DNA from: Bacteroidota bacterium
GTDB taxonomy: Bacteria; Bacteroidota; Bacteroidia; Bacteroidales; Porphyromonadaceae
NCBI GenBank assembly: GCA_023396255.1
Contig: JAEWWU010000018.1
Coordinates: 61,899 to 125,898 of the forward strand
DNA: 64,000 nucleotides
Direction of reading: 5' to 3'
The notes beneath the pieces were generated by a model that was not told the origin of the DNA, did not search any database, and was given only the letters and a program-made list of their open reading frames with translations. Positions 18,564-28,794 of the stretch are shown piece after piece. Position numbers and translations under genes: made by a program. Position 1 is the first letter of the stretch; each line of letters starts with the position of its first letter.

Positions 18564-19391
18564 CTACTGCCCATTAGGTGGATACAAAAGCGGGTTATAC
18601 ATCATAATAGCGTGATTCTCCACCAACAACTCTTTACTTTCACGCCCATCCGGATAGGTTACAATACGAAACAGGCGATTGTGTCGAGTAAATCCGCCCC
18701 ACGGTTGCTGCACGATGCAATGCCCCTCTTCCTCCACTCGATAAGAAGAGAGCAACTCTCCCTGAGCCCATAAGCGTCCGTGAAGATGAGTTTCGTCGAG
18801 CCACAATTCTAAATAAAATGTTTGCTGTGTATCATTTTGAACACGAAGATCAATGTAGTTATACGACAACGTTGCCCCCGACCCAAAAGGAATATTGCGC
18901 CCAACATCCGGGAAGACATCGAAGCTATGCCGGTGACGCTCTGTTATGCTGAGTGGTGAATGTGCAAAAATCCAAAAAAGCAGGTTTCCCAACTGACAAA
19001 GCCCTCCTCCGACTCCCGTATCTATTTTCCCCTGGTTGAGCACCAATCCGGGCAAATAACCTTTTCGGGCCGTTGGGCGTCCAACATAGTGCCATACGGA
19101 GAAAGTCTGTCCCGGGGCTATTCTCATCTGATTGAGCCTCTCTATCGCCAAGCGTAAATTGGTTCTCTTATTTTCTTGCAGATACATATCCACATCTTTT
19201 AGGGGCCTAAGGATAAGAGACTTGTGTTCCTTGACAAGAGAGTAATTGTTCAAATTCTCAACCCCTCTTTTGCACCACTTGATTCCTGACGTATAGTCCG
19301 TAATCCTACGACGAACTATGTAATACTCTCTACCAAGCACTCTGCGCCATTTTTTGCGCAAAAGGGGTTTCTCTATTTGTAATCTGTGCAT
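18564..19391 (-). CDS. VanW-domain protein
   Basis: The VanW-like core ..GVGGGLCQLGNLLFW.. matches the family as I recall it. The first ATG is at 19391; the listed start at 19454 is TTG. Confidence 0.7.
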   Translation of the reverse strand: MHRLQIEKPLLRKKWRRVLGREYYIVRRRITDYTSGIKWCKRGVENLNNYSLVKEHKSLILRPLKDVDMYLQENKRTNLRLAIERLNQMRIAPGQTFSVWHYVGRPTARKGYLPGLVLNQGKIDTGVGGGLCQLGNLLFWIFAHSPLSITERHRHSFDVFPDVGRNIPFGSGATLSYNYIDLRVQNDTQQTFYLELWLDETHLHGRLWAQGELLSSYRVEEEGHCIVQQPWGGFTRHNRLFRIVTYPDGRESKELLVENHAIMMYNPLLYPPNGQ

Positions 19392-19546
19392 ATTTCTCGA
19401 TGAGTTCAGATAAAAAACAATCACAGCCCAACTATGCCTCCCTAGAATTGACAATCAGCTTATCTTGAACAATTTACCAACAAGCCCTCTTTAATTCAAT
19501 CAGAGGGAAAAGAAACACAAAATTTAGCGAACTCAAAAATAAAAAA

Positions 19547-19586
19547 GAGCGTCAACCTCATCCATATAAGGAAGGGTTTGACGCTC
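19547..19586 (-). terminator. Terminator of the 2-oxoacid oxidoreductase operon
   Basis: Stem gagcgtcaacc / ggtttgacgctc, followed on the minus strand by a T6 run. It lies 44 nt after the stop at 19630. Confidence 0.6.
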
Positions 19587-19629
19587 CTAAGTTGAATCTC
19601 CTGACTCTTTAGAAGAACATCCGAGAGAA

Positions 19630-20175
19630 TCAGTCAATCTTACGAATTACTTCCATACCCCTCCGAATAGCCTCTTCATTCATAGGGATCAGTTTGTGGT
19701 GACGTTCGGGTAAAGACTTCTTAAGACCGGCGATAACACTTTCCAATGTTACCATAGGTGCCACCTTGAGAACACCACCAAGAACAATCATATTGAACGT
19801 TTTGTCGTTACCAATCTTTTCGCACTCTTCGCTGGCAGGCACTTCGTAGATCTGGATATCTTTACGATCGGTATGCGTATGTATACCATTGGGGTCGTAA
19901 ATAAGGATTCCACCTTTCTTTACGCGACCGGCAAACTTATCCAAAGAAGGTTGATTGAGAACAATAGCGATATCGTATTCATTCACCACGGGCGAGCTAA
20001 CCGGCTCATCGCTAACGATAACAGTTACATTAGAAGTACCTCCACGTTGCTCGGGTCCGTAAGAAGGCATCCATGAAACTTCTTTGTTCTCCATTATTCC
20101 GGAGTAAGCCAGAATCTTTCCCATAGAAAGAACTCCCTGACCGCCGAATCCGGCAATTACTATTTCGTGAGTCAT
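19630..20175 (-). CDS. 2-oxoacid:ferredoxin oxidoreductase, gamma subunit
   Basis: 181 aa. IAGFGGQGVLSMGKILA is typical of the KorC/PorG family. Confidence 0.85.
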   Translation of the reverse strand: MTHEIVIAGFGGQGVLSMGKILAYSGIMENKEVSWMPSYGPEQRGGTSNVTVIVSDEPVSSPVVNEYDIAIVLNQPSLDKFAGRVKKGGILIYDPNGIHTHTDRKDIQIYEVPASEECEKIGNDKTFNMIVLGGVLKVAPMVTLESVIAGLKKSLPERHHKLIPMNEEAIRRGMEVIRKID

Positions 20176-20190
20176 ATCTTAAATCTCTCC

Positions 20191-20967
20191 TTATTTTTGT
20201 TCTACATCCACATCCTTTATATCACCCAATTGGTATTTGGCGTGCATATGTTCTGTCATCCATTCGTTCGCCTTTTCGGGAGACATCTTCCATCCGGTAT
20301 TGCAAGTAGAAACTACTTCGAATATAGACGTACCCTTACCCTGCATAGAGTATTCAAAAGCTTTGCGCAAGTTCTTCTTAGCCTTACGGACAGCACCGGC
20401 TGTGTGTACGCTTTGGCGTGTTACGAAACAAGTTCCATCAAGTTGAGCCAAAAGATTGCTAATTACCAAAGGATAACCATTCAATTTGGGATCACGACCG
20501 GTTGGACAAGTAGCCGTTTTCATACCCAACAAAGTAGTGGGAGCCATCTGCCCTCCAGTCATACCATAGATACCGTTGTTGATAAATATGATTACGATGT
20601 TTTCTCCACGGTTGGCAGCGTGAATAGTCTCGGCCGTACCAATAGCGGCCAAGTCTCCGTCCCCTTGATAAGTAAAGACAAGCTTATTGGGGTAAAGACG
20701 TTTTACTGCCGTGGCCAAAGCAGGAGCACGACCGTGGGCAGCCTCTTGCCAATCAATATCGATATAGTTATAGGCAAACACGGCACAACCCACAGGAGCA
20801 ATACCAATAGCATCCTCTGCCATACCCATTTCATCTATAACTTCTGCAACTAATTTGTGTACCACACCGTGGCTGCACCCCGGACAGTAGTGCATAGTAG
20901 CGTCATTCATCAGACGCGGCTTCTCATAAACCAGATTTTCAGGTTTGATGATTTCTTTTATATCCAT
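20191..20967 (-). CDS. 2-oxoacid:ferredoxin oxidoreductase, beta (TPP-binding) subunit
   Basis: CPGCSHG and GDGDLAAIG..NNGIYGMTGGQ TPP motif. ATG at 20967 (MDIKEII) preferred. Confidence 0.85.
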   Translation of the reverse strand: MDIKEIIKPENLVYEKPRLMNDATMHYCPGCSHGVVHKLVAEVIDEMGMAEDAIGIAPVGCAVFAYNYIDIDWQEAAHGRAPALATAVKRLYPNKLVFTYQGDGDLAAIGTAETIHAANRGENIVIIFINNGIYGMTGGQMAPTTLLGMKTATCPTGRDPKLNGYPLVISNLLAQLDGTCFVTRQSVHTAGAVRKAKKNLRKAFEYSMQGKGTSIFEVVSTCNTGWKMSPEKANEWMTEHMHAKYQLGDIKDVDVEQK

Positions 20968-20980
20968 TGTGTTATAGTTT

Positions 20981-21178
20981 TTAGCGTTTTTGTTTATATC
21001 GTACCACGTAGTAAGCAACCCGAGCTACAATCGCAATAAAAGCCAATATCAGAAATGCCCAAGGCGCAGTATTGCGTAGTGCAAAGAAAACAGCAACCAT
21101 AGCTACTGTAGCACCCCAAAATAGGGCACTAAGAACAATTAGTAAGAGGGTGGTTTTCTTGTTTGAGTTCTCGGTCAT
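20981..21178 (-). CDS. 65-aa two-TM membrane protein embedded in the oxidoreductase operon
   Basis: MTENSNKKTTLLLIVLSALFWGATVAMVAVFFALRNTAPWAFLILAFIAIVARVAYYVVRYKQKR has two clear hydrophobic helices and positively charged ends. It fits the alpha/beta gap exactly, 53 nt after the alpha stop and 13 nt before the beta start. Confidence 0.6.
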   Translation of the reverse strand: MTENSNKKTTLLLIVLSALFWGATVAMVAVFFALRNTAPWAFLILAFIAIVARVAYYVVRYKQKR

Positions 21179-21231
21179 ATGATAAAGGGATCACTTTTTT
21201 GCTACAAGAGTACGAGGTGTGGAAAATCAAA

Positions 21232-22320
21232 TCACTTGCGGTTGATAATCTTTTCTTTGAGAGCTGCGAGCACTTCATCGGGAGAGAAGAGCATACCACC
21301 CATACGACCATAGTGCTCTACGGGAGTCCTTCCATTAACAGCCAACTTAACATCTTCGATCATCTGACCGGCATTGAGCTCAACAGAGAGGAATCCCTTT
21401 ACGCCACGCTCTGCCATAGAAGAAATAATCTTGGAGGGGAACGGCCACAATGTTATGGGGCGCAAAACACCTACCTTAATGCCTTCTTGACGAGCCAACT
21501 GTACCACTTTCTGGCACACACGAGCCGAAGAACCAAAAGCCACCAAAATGTAGTCTGCGTCTTCTGTCATATACTCTGAATAGCGAACTTCTGCCGCTTC
21601 AATTTCGGCATATTTCTTCTGGAAACGTTCGTTATTCTTTTCCATAACAGCAGAATCAAGCTCCAAAGAGGTAATGATATGCCTTTTTCCCCCACGTGCT
21701 CCGTGAGTAGCCCAAGGAGTTGCTGCAATAGTTTCTTCATCGGTGCGACGAGGCTTAAAGTCGGGTAAAACAACCTTTTCCATCATCTGACCTATAATAC
21801 CATCAGAAATCATCATTACAGGGTTGCGATACTTAAATGCCAACTCCATACCAAGATCGACAAAGTCTACCATCTCTTGAACAGAGTAAGGAGCCAAAGA
21901 AATCAGACGATAGTCTCCGTGTCCACACCCCTTGGTAGTTTGGAAATAGTCTGCCTGACTGGGTTGGATAGTTCCCAGACCAGGACCTCCACGCATAACG
22001 TTTACAATAAGGCACGGCAATTCGGCTCCAGCCAAGTAACTCAAACCTTCGGCCATAAGGCTGATACCGGGGCTCGAAGAGGAAGTCATCACTCTTTTAC
22101 CGGCACCTGCACCTCCATACACCATATTGATAGAAGAGATTTCACTTTCTGCTTGCAACACAACCATACCGGTTGTTTCCCAAGGGCGTTCTGCCATAAG
22201 TGTTTCCAACACTTCGGATTGAGGAGTGATCGGATAACCAAAATAACCATCAAGCCCATTACGGATTGCCGAATGAGCAAGGGCTTCATTGCCCTTCATC
22301 AGTTTTACATCTGCTGCCAT
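21232..22320 (-). CDS. 2-oxoacid:ferredoxin oxidoreductase, alpha subunit (KorA/VorB-like)
   Basis: 362 aa. MKGNEALAHSAIRNGLDGYFGYPITPQSE matches the N-terminal signature of the family. Confidence 0.85.
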   Translation of the reverse strand: MAADVKLMKGNEALAHSAIRNGLDGYFGYPITPQSEVLETLMAERPWETTGMVVLQAESEISSINMVYGGAGAGKRVMTSSSSPGISLMAEGLSYLAGAELPCLIVNVMRGGPGLGTIQPSQADYFQTTKGCGHGDYRLISLAPYSVQEMVDFVDLGMELAFKYRNPVMMISDGIIGQMMEKVVLPDFKPRRTDEETIAATPWATHGARGGKRHIITSLELDSAVMEKNNERFQKKYAEIEAAEVRYSEYMTEDADYILVAFGSSARVCQKVVQLARQEGIKVGVLRPITLWPFPSKIISSMAERGVKGFLSVELNAGQMIEDVKLAVNGRTPVEHYGRMGGMLFSPDEVLAALKEKIINRK

Positions 22321-22331
22321 ATTGTAATCTT

Positions 22332-22562
22332 TTATTGCAATGAAACTTTATAAACAGTTATGCAACCGTCCGGACACACGGTACCGCAGTTGGTACAACC
22401 AATGCAGGCCTCAGGATTGCTCATGTAACAATAGTGGTAACCTTTGTCATTTACCTCATCGGGGTGCAAGCCGATGGCTTTGGTCGGGCAAGAAACCACA
22501 CAGAGGTTGCAGCCTTTGCAACGCTGTTGGTTTACTACCACTGCACCTTGAAACTTTGCCAT
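22332..22562 (-). CDS. 4Fe-4S dicluster ferredoxin (delta subunit)
   Basis: Two CxxCxxCxxxCP motifs (CKGCNLCVVSCP, CIGCTNCGTVCP). Confidence 0.85.
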   Translation of the reverse strand: MAKFQGAVVVNQQRCKGCNLCVVSCPTKAIGLHPDEVNDKGYHYCYMSNPEACIGCTNCGTVCPDGCITVYKVSLQ

Positions 22563-22612
22563 ACTTCTTTCCTATTTAGTTTAAGTGTAAAATAAGTCTT
22601 ATTTTGATGCCT

Positions 22613-22620
22613 CAAAGATA
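22613..22620 (-). promoter_or_regulatory. -7 promoter box (TATCTTTG on the minus strand) for the oxidoreductase operon
   Basis: Perfect TAnnTTTG, 51 nt upstream of the ATG at 22562. Confidence 0.5.
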
Positions 22621-22732
22621 CAAATAAATATCTTCATCTACCCAAATATAGGGAGTCATTCTCTTTTCTCCCAAGAAACATCTAAAGCCCTCGAACAAAA
22701 GGAATCAATAGATCTTCTTCGCGAACAAAAAA

Positions 22733-22775
22733 AGAGGAAGGGTGAATATCTCTGTCCTATTCTACACCTTCCTCT
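22733..22775 (-). terminator. Terminator of the PFOR gene
   Basis: Stem agaggaagggtg / caccttcctct, followed on the minus strand by a T7 run. It lies 36 nt after the stop at 22811. Confidence 0.6.
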
Positions 22776-22810
22776 TTATTCTATCTACGATTTATTTAAC
22801 AAATGGTGGT

Positions 22811-25800
22811 TCAAAGATTTTCGTCCCAAACCATATTTGCCATTCTCTTATATGTGTTATAACGATGCTTGGCACTGTCTTCCGCACATTGAGCTAATTC
22901 ATCGGCCTCTGCCGGGAATTGTTTGTAGAGAGCTTCGTAACGTGTTTCTCCTTTCAAGAAGCTCTTAAAGAGCTCCCACTTGGGCTCTTTACTATCCAAA
23001 GTGAATGGATTTTTGCCCTCTTCAGCCAAACGTGGATCAAAGCGCCACAAATGCCAGTAACCACATTCTACGGCTTTGCGTTCTTCTTCTTGAGTTAAGC
23101 CCATACCGGCCTTGATCCCGTGGTTGATACACGGAGCGTATGCCAAAATCAAAGAAGGACCATCATAAGCCTCTGCTTCTCGCAATACCTTTAGTGTCTG
23201 TGCTTGATTGGCCCCCATAGCTATCTGAGCCACGTATACGTATCCATAAGTGGTAGCCATCAGACCCAAATCTTTTTTACGCACTCGCTTACCACCGGCA
23301 GCAAATTTGGCAATGGCTCCGACAGGTGTACTCTTAGAGGACTGACCTCCTGTGTTAGAATAAACTTCTGTATCCAGCACCAAAATATTTACATTCTTCC
23401 CGGAAGCAATCACGTGATCCAAGCCTCCGAAACCGATGTCATACGAAGCACCGTCCCCGCCGATAATCCACTGGCTACGTTTTACCAAAGAAGGAATTAC
23501 AGCTACAGCCTCTTTGCCCAACGAGCAATCAGGATGCTCGCTATTGTACTGCTTTAGCATAGGAGCTATCTGAGCAGCCAATTCCTTTGTTTTGTCTCCA
23601 TCTGTACGGTTGTCGATCCATTCCTGCAACAAAACCTTTACATCGGCAGGAACTTGCTCCAAAGCCAAAATTTGTTCAAAGACTCTTACGACCTGATCGC
23701 GTTTACGTTCACTGGCCAACTCCATACCCAAACCAAACTCACAGAAATCCTCAAACAAAGAGTTTGCCCAAGCCGGACCTTGTCCTTTTTCGTTCGTGGT
23801 ATAGGGAGTAGAAGGAGCAGATGCCGAATAGATAGAAGAACACCCGGTGGCATTGGCTACCATTTGACGATCTCCAAAGAGTTGAGTTATGAGGCGTACA
23901 TAAGGTGTTTCTCCACAACCGGAACAAGCTCCGGAGAATTCGAACAAAGGCTGTGCGAATTGTGAGTTCTTCACGTTGGCAGCAACATCAACCAAGTGTG
24001 CCTTGTTGGTAACTTGCTTGATCATCTTGTCCCAATTACCTTGCTCATCCAGCTGAGTCTCCAACGGTTTCATTGTCAAAGCCTTGCCCTGTTTATTTCC
24101 CGGACATACGTTGGCACAATTACCACAAGCCAAACAGTCGAGAACATCAACTTGTATGCGGAACTGAAGCCCTGCTTCTTTGAGACCTTTTCCGATGGCA
24201 GGAAGCGTACGCACTCCCGTCTCGGATTGCTCTTCTTCGGTGAGTAGGAATGGGCGAATAGTAGCGTGTGGACAAACGTAAGCACATTGGTTACATTGGA
24301 TACAATTGTCTGCATTCCACTCCGGGACGAAGGCTGCAACTCCACGTTTTTCACTGGCAGCCGTACCATTGTCCCAAGTACCATCTTCACGACCTTTGAA
24401 TGTAGACACGGGCAACACATCACCATCTTGAGCATTGATCACGCGTACTACATTGTGAATAAAATCTGTATCATCAGCGTGACGCACCACTGCATCATCT
24501 TCCAATGTTGCCCATTCGGCCTTTACTGGCACTTCTATAATATCAGCTCCAGCATCCACCGCGGCAAAGTTTTTATTAACAACGTCTTCTCCCTTCTTGC
24601 TGTACGACTTAACGATAAACTTCTTCATCTGCTCAACCGCCAAATCGTAAGGGATTACTCCCGAAATCTTAAAGAACGCCGATTGAAGAATGGTGTTGGT
24701 TCTGTTTCCCAACCCGATTTTTTGAGCAATCGCCGTTGCGTTGATCATATAGAATTTAATATTATTCTTCGCCAGGTAGCGTTTAACGCGATTGGGGAGG
24801 TGTTGCTCTACCGTATCCAATCCCCAAATAGAGTTGAGCAAGAAAGTTCCGTTTTTCTTCAACCCGTTGAGGACATCGTACATATGTAAATAGGCAGGCA
24901 CGTGGCAAGCCACAAAATCTGGCGTCACAACCAAATAGGTAGAACGGATAGGAGTATCGCCAAAACGCAGGTGAGAAGCAGTAAAACCTCCCGATTTCTT
25001 TGAATCGTATGCAAAATAAGCCTGACAATACTTGTCGGTGTTCTCTCCTATGATCTTTACGGAGTTCTTATTGGCACCCACTGTACCATCAGCTCCAAGA
25101 CCATAGAATTTGGCTTCAAAAGCACCATCAAAGACAAGGTTCTCTTCTTGAGGTAAAGAGGTAAATGTAACATCGTCCACAATACCCACCGTAAACTGAT
25201 CCTTGGGCATATTCATTCCCAAGTTCTTGTACACTGCTAAAATTTGTGCCGGAGTAGTATCCTTAGAAGAGAGACCATAGCGTCCACCCACAATAAGCGG
25301 AGCTTTATCATTCCCATAGAAAGCATTCTTAACATCCAAGTACAAAGGATCACCAGCAGCTCCGGGTTCCTTGGTCCTATCCAACACAGCGATTCGCTTA
25401 ACAGTAGCAGGCAAAGCCTCCAAGAAATATTTTATGCTGAAAGGACGGTAAAGGTGTACAGCCAAGAGACCTACCTTTTCGCCCTTATTGCGCAGATAGT
25501 CAACGACTTCTCTAATAGTCTCTGTAACAGATCCCATTGCTATGATAACATTAGTCGCTTCAGGATCTCCGTAGTAGTCGAAAAGACGATATCTGCGTCC
25601 GGTGAGTTCGGAAAGCTGATCCATACACTCTTGTACCATCTCCGGCAAAGCATTATAGAACGGATTGGCAGCTTCACGAGCTTGGAAATAGATATCGGGG
25701 TTTTGCGCCAATCCTCTTGTTACGGGGCGAGATGGATCCAATGCCCTTTTGCGGAATTGCTCCAATGCTTCCATATCGATGAGCGGACGCAATTGGTCTG

Positions 25801-26368
25801 CCGTGAGATATTCTATCTTTTGTATTTCGTGAGAAGTACGGAAGCCATCAAAGAAATGAATAAACGGTACACGCGATTTGATGGCCACAAGGTGAGCCAC
25901 TGCAGCCAAATCCATTACCTCTTGTACAGAACCCGTACACAACTGGACAAAACCCGTCATACGAGCCGACATTACATCCTGGTGGTCTCCAAAAATAGAA
26001 AGAGCCTGTGCAGCCAAGGCACGAGCAGAAACGTGAAATACTCCGGGAAGCAGTTCACCGGAAATTTTGTACATATTGGGAAGCATCAAGAGCAAACCTT
26101 GAGAGGCCGTAAAGGTCGTGGCCAAAGCTCCGGCCTGCAACGCTCCGTGCATAGCTCCAGCGGCTCCGGCTTCAGATTGCATTTCCTGAACGGTAACAAC
26201 TTCTCCAAAAATATTTTTCATTCCTGCAGCAGCCCACTCGTCTACGTACTCAGCCATCGTAGAAGAAGGCGTAATGGGATAAATAGATGCCACCTCGCTG
26301 AACATATAGGCAATATGCGCCGCAGCCTGATTCCCATCACAGGTCATCTTTTTAATTTCTTTACTCAT
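22811..26368 (-). CDS. nifJ: Pyruvate:ferredoxin (flavodoxin) oxidoreductase
   Basis: 1185 aa single-chain PFOR with DGNQAAAHIAY..YPITPSS, two CxxCxxCxxxCP clusters and the TPP motif GGDGASYDIGFGGLDH. Confidence 0.92.
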   Translation of the reverse strand: MSKEIKKMTCDGNQAAAHIAYMFSEVASIYPITPSSTMAEYVDEWAAAGMKNIFGEVVTVQEMQSEAGAAGAMHGALQAGALATTFTASQGLLLMLPNMYKISGELLPGVFHVSARALAAQALSIFGDHQDVMSARMTGFVQLCTGSVQEVMDLAAVAHLVAIKSRVPFIHFFDGFRTSHEIQKIEYLTADQLRPLIDMEALEQFRKRALDPSRPVTRGLAQNPDIYFQAREAANPFYNALPEMVQECMDQLSELTGRRYRLFDYYGDPEATNVIIAMGSVTETIREVVDYLRNKGEKVGLLAVHLYRPFSIKYFLEALPATVKRIAVLDRTKEPGAAGDPLYLDVKNAFYGNDKAPLIVGGRYGLSSKDTTPAQILAVYKNLGMNMPKDQFTVGIVDDVTFTSLPQEENLVFDGAFEAKFYGLGADGTVGANKNSVKIIGENTDKYCQAYFAYDSKKSGGFTASHLRFGDTPIRSTYLVVTPDFVACHVPAYLHMYDVLNGLKKNGTFLLNSIWGLDTVEQHLPNRVKRYLAKNNIKFYMINATAIAQKIGLGNRTNTILQSAFFKISGVIPYDLAVEQMKKFIVKSYSKKGEDVVNKNFAAVDAGADIIEVPVKAEWATLEDDAVVRHADDTDFIHNVVRVINAQDGDVLPVSTFKGREDGTWDNGTAASEKRGVAAFVPEWNADNCIQCNQCAYVCPHATIRPFLLTEEEQSETGVRTLPAIGKGLKEAGLQFRIQVDVLDCLACGNCANVCPGNKQGKALTMKPLETQLDEQGNWDKMIKQVTNKAHLVDVAANVKNSQFAQPLFEFSGACSGCGETPYVRLITQLFGDRQMVANATGCSSIYSASAPSTPYTTNEKGQGPAWANSLFEDFCEFGLGMELASERKRDQVVRVFEQILALEQVPADVKVLLQEWIDNRTDGDKTKELAAQIAPMLKQYNSEHPDCSLGKEAVAVIPSLVKRSQWIIGGDGASYDIGFGGLDHVIASGKNVNILVLDTEVYSNTGGQSSKSTPVGAIAKFAAGGKRVRKKDLGLMATTYGYVYVAQIAMGANQAQTLKVLREAEAYDGPSLILAYAPCINHGIKAGMGLTQEEERKAVECGYWHLWRFDPRLAEEGKNPFTLDSKEPKWELFKSFLKGETRYEALYKQFPAEADELAQCAEDSAKHRYNTYKRMANMVWDENL

Positions 26369-26433
26369 TTTACTTAGTTTGTAATATTAGGTTTTGATTT
26401 TTATTCGATACAAACATCCGGTAACGCCAAACC

Positions 26434-27615
26434 TTAGTACAAGAAGCCAAAGCTCCATAAGGGCAATATATTGCGTTCTCCACTGTTGATTCCGCCCACG
26501 GCATAGAATCTATCGGACTTATAACGGCCCGAAATCTCTTTATCTATTCTAAAGAGGTGCTCACCATTGACCACAAAATTGACTTGGGCACGAGACCCGG
26601 CATCCACGTGATGCAGAGCCGACACCTGATTGAGGAAGAAAGTGGTGAGGGCATCCATAGGAGAAGCTGGCTCCGGCATCAAAGCATAGGAGATGTTGGT
26701 GTTTTGTAAATAGCACATAGCCGGCTTCTTACTTTCGTCCTCATTAGCCCTGTAGAGCTGTGTTATAAGGCCGGCATCCGAAAGGATATGCATATAGTTG
26801 GCAACGGTGGCACGAGAAGTCTCTATACTGGCAGCCAATTGGGACACATTGGGAGTGGCGGGAGCTGAGCGAGCCAGCATATAGAGCAACTTACGCAATT
26901 TGGGTAATAGACGCTGATCGATATTGCGGATATACATAATATCCACTTCAAGCATCATATTGATATTTTTGAGCAAATTTTCGGAATAATTTCGCTGTTC
27001 CAAAAAGAACGGATAATAGCCGTGGTGAATGTAATCGGCAAAGAAATTGACCGGATTAACGCTCTCCAACACAGTACGGCTAAAATCTTTATGAAAGCGA
27101 AGCAAGTCGGTATAAGGGATCGTAGGTAAAGACAGTCCTGTACGCAAATTGATGAACTCACGCAAAGAGAAGCCATCCAAACGATACACCACCCCTGGAA
27201 GAGTGTCTTCTTCTTCCTCGGACGAATCTTTCTGTACCGAGCTTCCGGCATAGATAATCTTCAATTCGGGATGAATTTCTGCGGCTTGTACCAACTCTTT
27301 CTTCCAATTAGGATACTTGTAAATCTGATCCAGAAGCAAAACACGACCTCCATTTTCCACAAACCGACCAGCGAAATTGACCAAAGACTCGGTTGTGAAT
27401 AGAAATTGATTCAAATTAACATAAAGACATTTGCGATTGTGCGTACCGTAAACTTCCTTGGCATAATCGAGCAAAAAGGTTGTCTTTCCAATCCCGCGAG
27501 AGCCCAAAATACCTATAATTTGGTCTTTTGAGTCTATCTTGTCCATCAAGCCTCTACGGATTGTTTCCTGCATATTGCGCAAGAGATAATCGTGTGTTCT
27601 GTATAAAACTTCCAT
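26434..27615 (-). CDS. AAA-type ATP-binding protein with C-terminal winged-helix-like region (DUF4143-type architecture)
   Basis: Walker A GSRGIGKTT and Walker B-like VLLLDQIY. ATG at 27615, 30 nt below a -7 box. Confidence 0.65.
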   Translation of the reverse strand: MEVLYRTHDYLLRNMQETIRRGLMDKIDSKDQIIGILGSRGIGKTTFLLDYAKEVYGTHNRKCLYVNLNQFLFTTESLVNFAGRFVENGGRVLLLDQIYKYPNWKKELVQAAEIHPELKIIYAGSSVQKDSSEEEEDTLPGVVYRLDGFSLREFINLRTGLSLPTIPYTDLLRFHKDFSRTVLESVNPVNFFADYIHHGYYPFFLEQRNYSENLLKNINMMLEVDIMYIRNIDQRLLPKLRKLLYMLARSAPATPNVSQLAASIETSRATVANYMHILSDAGLITQLYRANEDESKKPAMCYLQNTNISYALMPEPASPMDALTTFFLNQVSALHHVDAGSRAQVNFVVNGEHLFRIDKEISGRYKSDRFYAVGGINSGERNILPLWSFGFLY

Positions 27616-27644
27616 AAAGTAAGGTTGTACCAACTATTTGGTAG

Positions 27645-27652
27645 CAAAGATA
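27645..27652 (-). promoter_or_regulatory. -7 promoter box (TATCTTTG on the minus strand)
   Basis: Perfect TAnnTTTG directly upstream of the ATPase gene. Confidence 0.5.
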
Positions 27653-27910
27653 TAAACAATCGAACAATTTGCAAGGAATACGTATCAAAACAGCTCTGTT
27701 TTCATCAAAAAATGTTGCTTTTAATACTCAAATTCGGTTTTTAGACTCTACACTATTGAGAAAAAAACTCTTTTGTAGGTATACCACTTCCCACAAAAGA
27801 GCTCCTAAAAAACATAATATTTGTATAAGACCTCCTAGAAATCTCCTATACAAGGAGGTAAACAGCGTTTCGTGTTCCCAAGAACAACATTCTAAAACCT
27901 CTCAGAAGAA

Positions 27911-28696
27911 CTATTCAAAGGAGTGTAAAACCAAAGAAGTTCCGTCCCAAGAGACATAAGAATTGTGGATGAGCCAATCCCCCGTAACAATCATCTCTCC
28001 CCCCAGCGAGAGAGGTTGCCGTACCAATAGATGCCTATGACCATAAATAAAAGTATCAATCTGAGGATTGGCTTGCTTATACAGTTCCGTACAACGATAG
28101 AGCCATTCGGCATCGGGATTCAAAAGCTGATGAGAGGTATTGGTCAAAGAGGGAACCTCACTCTCTGCTCTCTGATGCTTTTTGCGATTTTGGTACGACC
28201 ACCACAAAGCAATGCCCATAGTACAATCGGGATGCACCGCCGCAAAAAGTTTTTGCAACCCTTTGTTGCGAAAAAGAGAGTACAAAAAACGTTGAGAAAA
28301 ACTGTTTGTTCGGTATTCATAATCTCCGTGCGAGAGACGAAAAGTACGCCCCAGCAAAGAGACCTCAAATGGTTTGTGATGCACCACAACCCCCAATTCT
28401 TGCTCGAAATATTGACGCATCCAGACATCGTGATTTCCCGCCAACATATGCAACTCTACGCCGTTATCGGACAAATGTGCCAAGGCTCCCAAAAAGCGCA
28501 CGTACCCCTTTGGAACTACATAGCGATACTCAAACCAATAGTCGAACATATCTCCCATAAAGTAGACGGCCTTCGCTGTGTTGGCTATGGAATAGAGCCA
28601 CCGCACCAATCTCCGCTCCACCTCCATTGGAGAAGTATGGCAAGAAGCCCCCAAATGAGCATCTCCCGTAAAATATATAACAGTCTTCTTTTGCAT
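27911..28696 (-). CDS. lpxH: UDP-2,3-diacylglucosamine diphosphatase
   Basis: Calcineurin-like metallophosphoesterase motifs in LpxH order: FTGDAHLG, GDMFDYW, GNHD, HGD, GHRH. Confidence 0.8.
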   Translation of the reverse strand: MQKKTVIYFTGDAHLGASCHTSPMEVERRLVRWLYSIANTAKAVYFMGDMFDYWFEYRYVVPKGYVRFLGALAHLSDNGVELHMLAGNHDVWMRQYFEQELGVVVHHKPFEVSLLGRTFRLSHGDYEYRTNSFSQRFLYSLFRNKGLQKLFAAVHPDCTMGIALWWSYQNRKKHQRAESEVPSLTNTSHQLLNPDAEWLYRCTELYKQANPQIDTFIYGHRHLLVRQPLSLGGEMIVTGDWLIHNSYVSWDGTSLVLHSFE

Positions 28697-28794
28697 AGGT
28701 AATTCCAAATACCTAAACAGACATAATACCCGGCCGGCAGAGGTTTACGCCCTCTGCCCAACGAATCCTGTCAAGAGCCCAATGACCTATTTAT

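Noticed and set aside
25244-26377. 377-aa + strand ORF antisense to the PFOR gene. There are similar long shadow ORFs at 10274-11206, 20167-20853, 28031-28702, 29080-29706, 34573-35328, 40504-41217, 44324-45037, 52706-53323, 54901-55518, 56224-56946, 57303-57980 and 59023-59583.
   Set aside because: Each lies entirely opposite a gene with strong family motifs. Their translations are low-complexity or R/S/C/H-rich, with no recognisable motifs and mostly non-ATG starts.
27669-27959. 96-aa + strand ORF in the ATPase/lpxH intergenic region.
   Set aside because: It starts inside the promoter region of the ATPase gene, overlaps the 3' end of lpxH antisense, has a K/R/S-rich composition and no motif.
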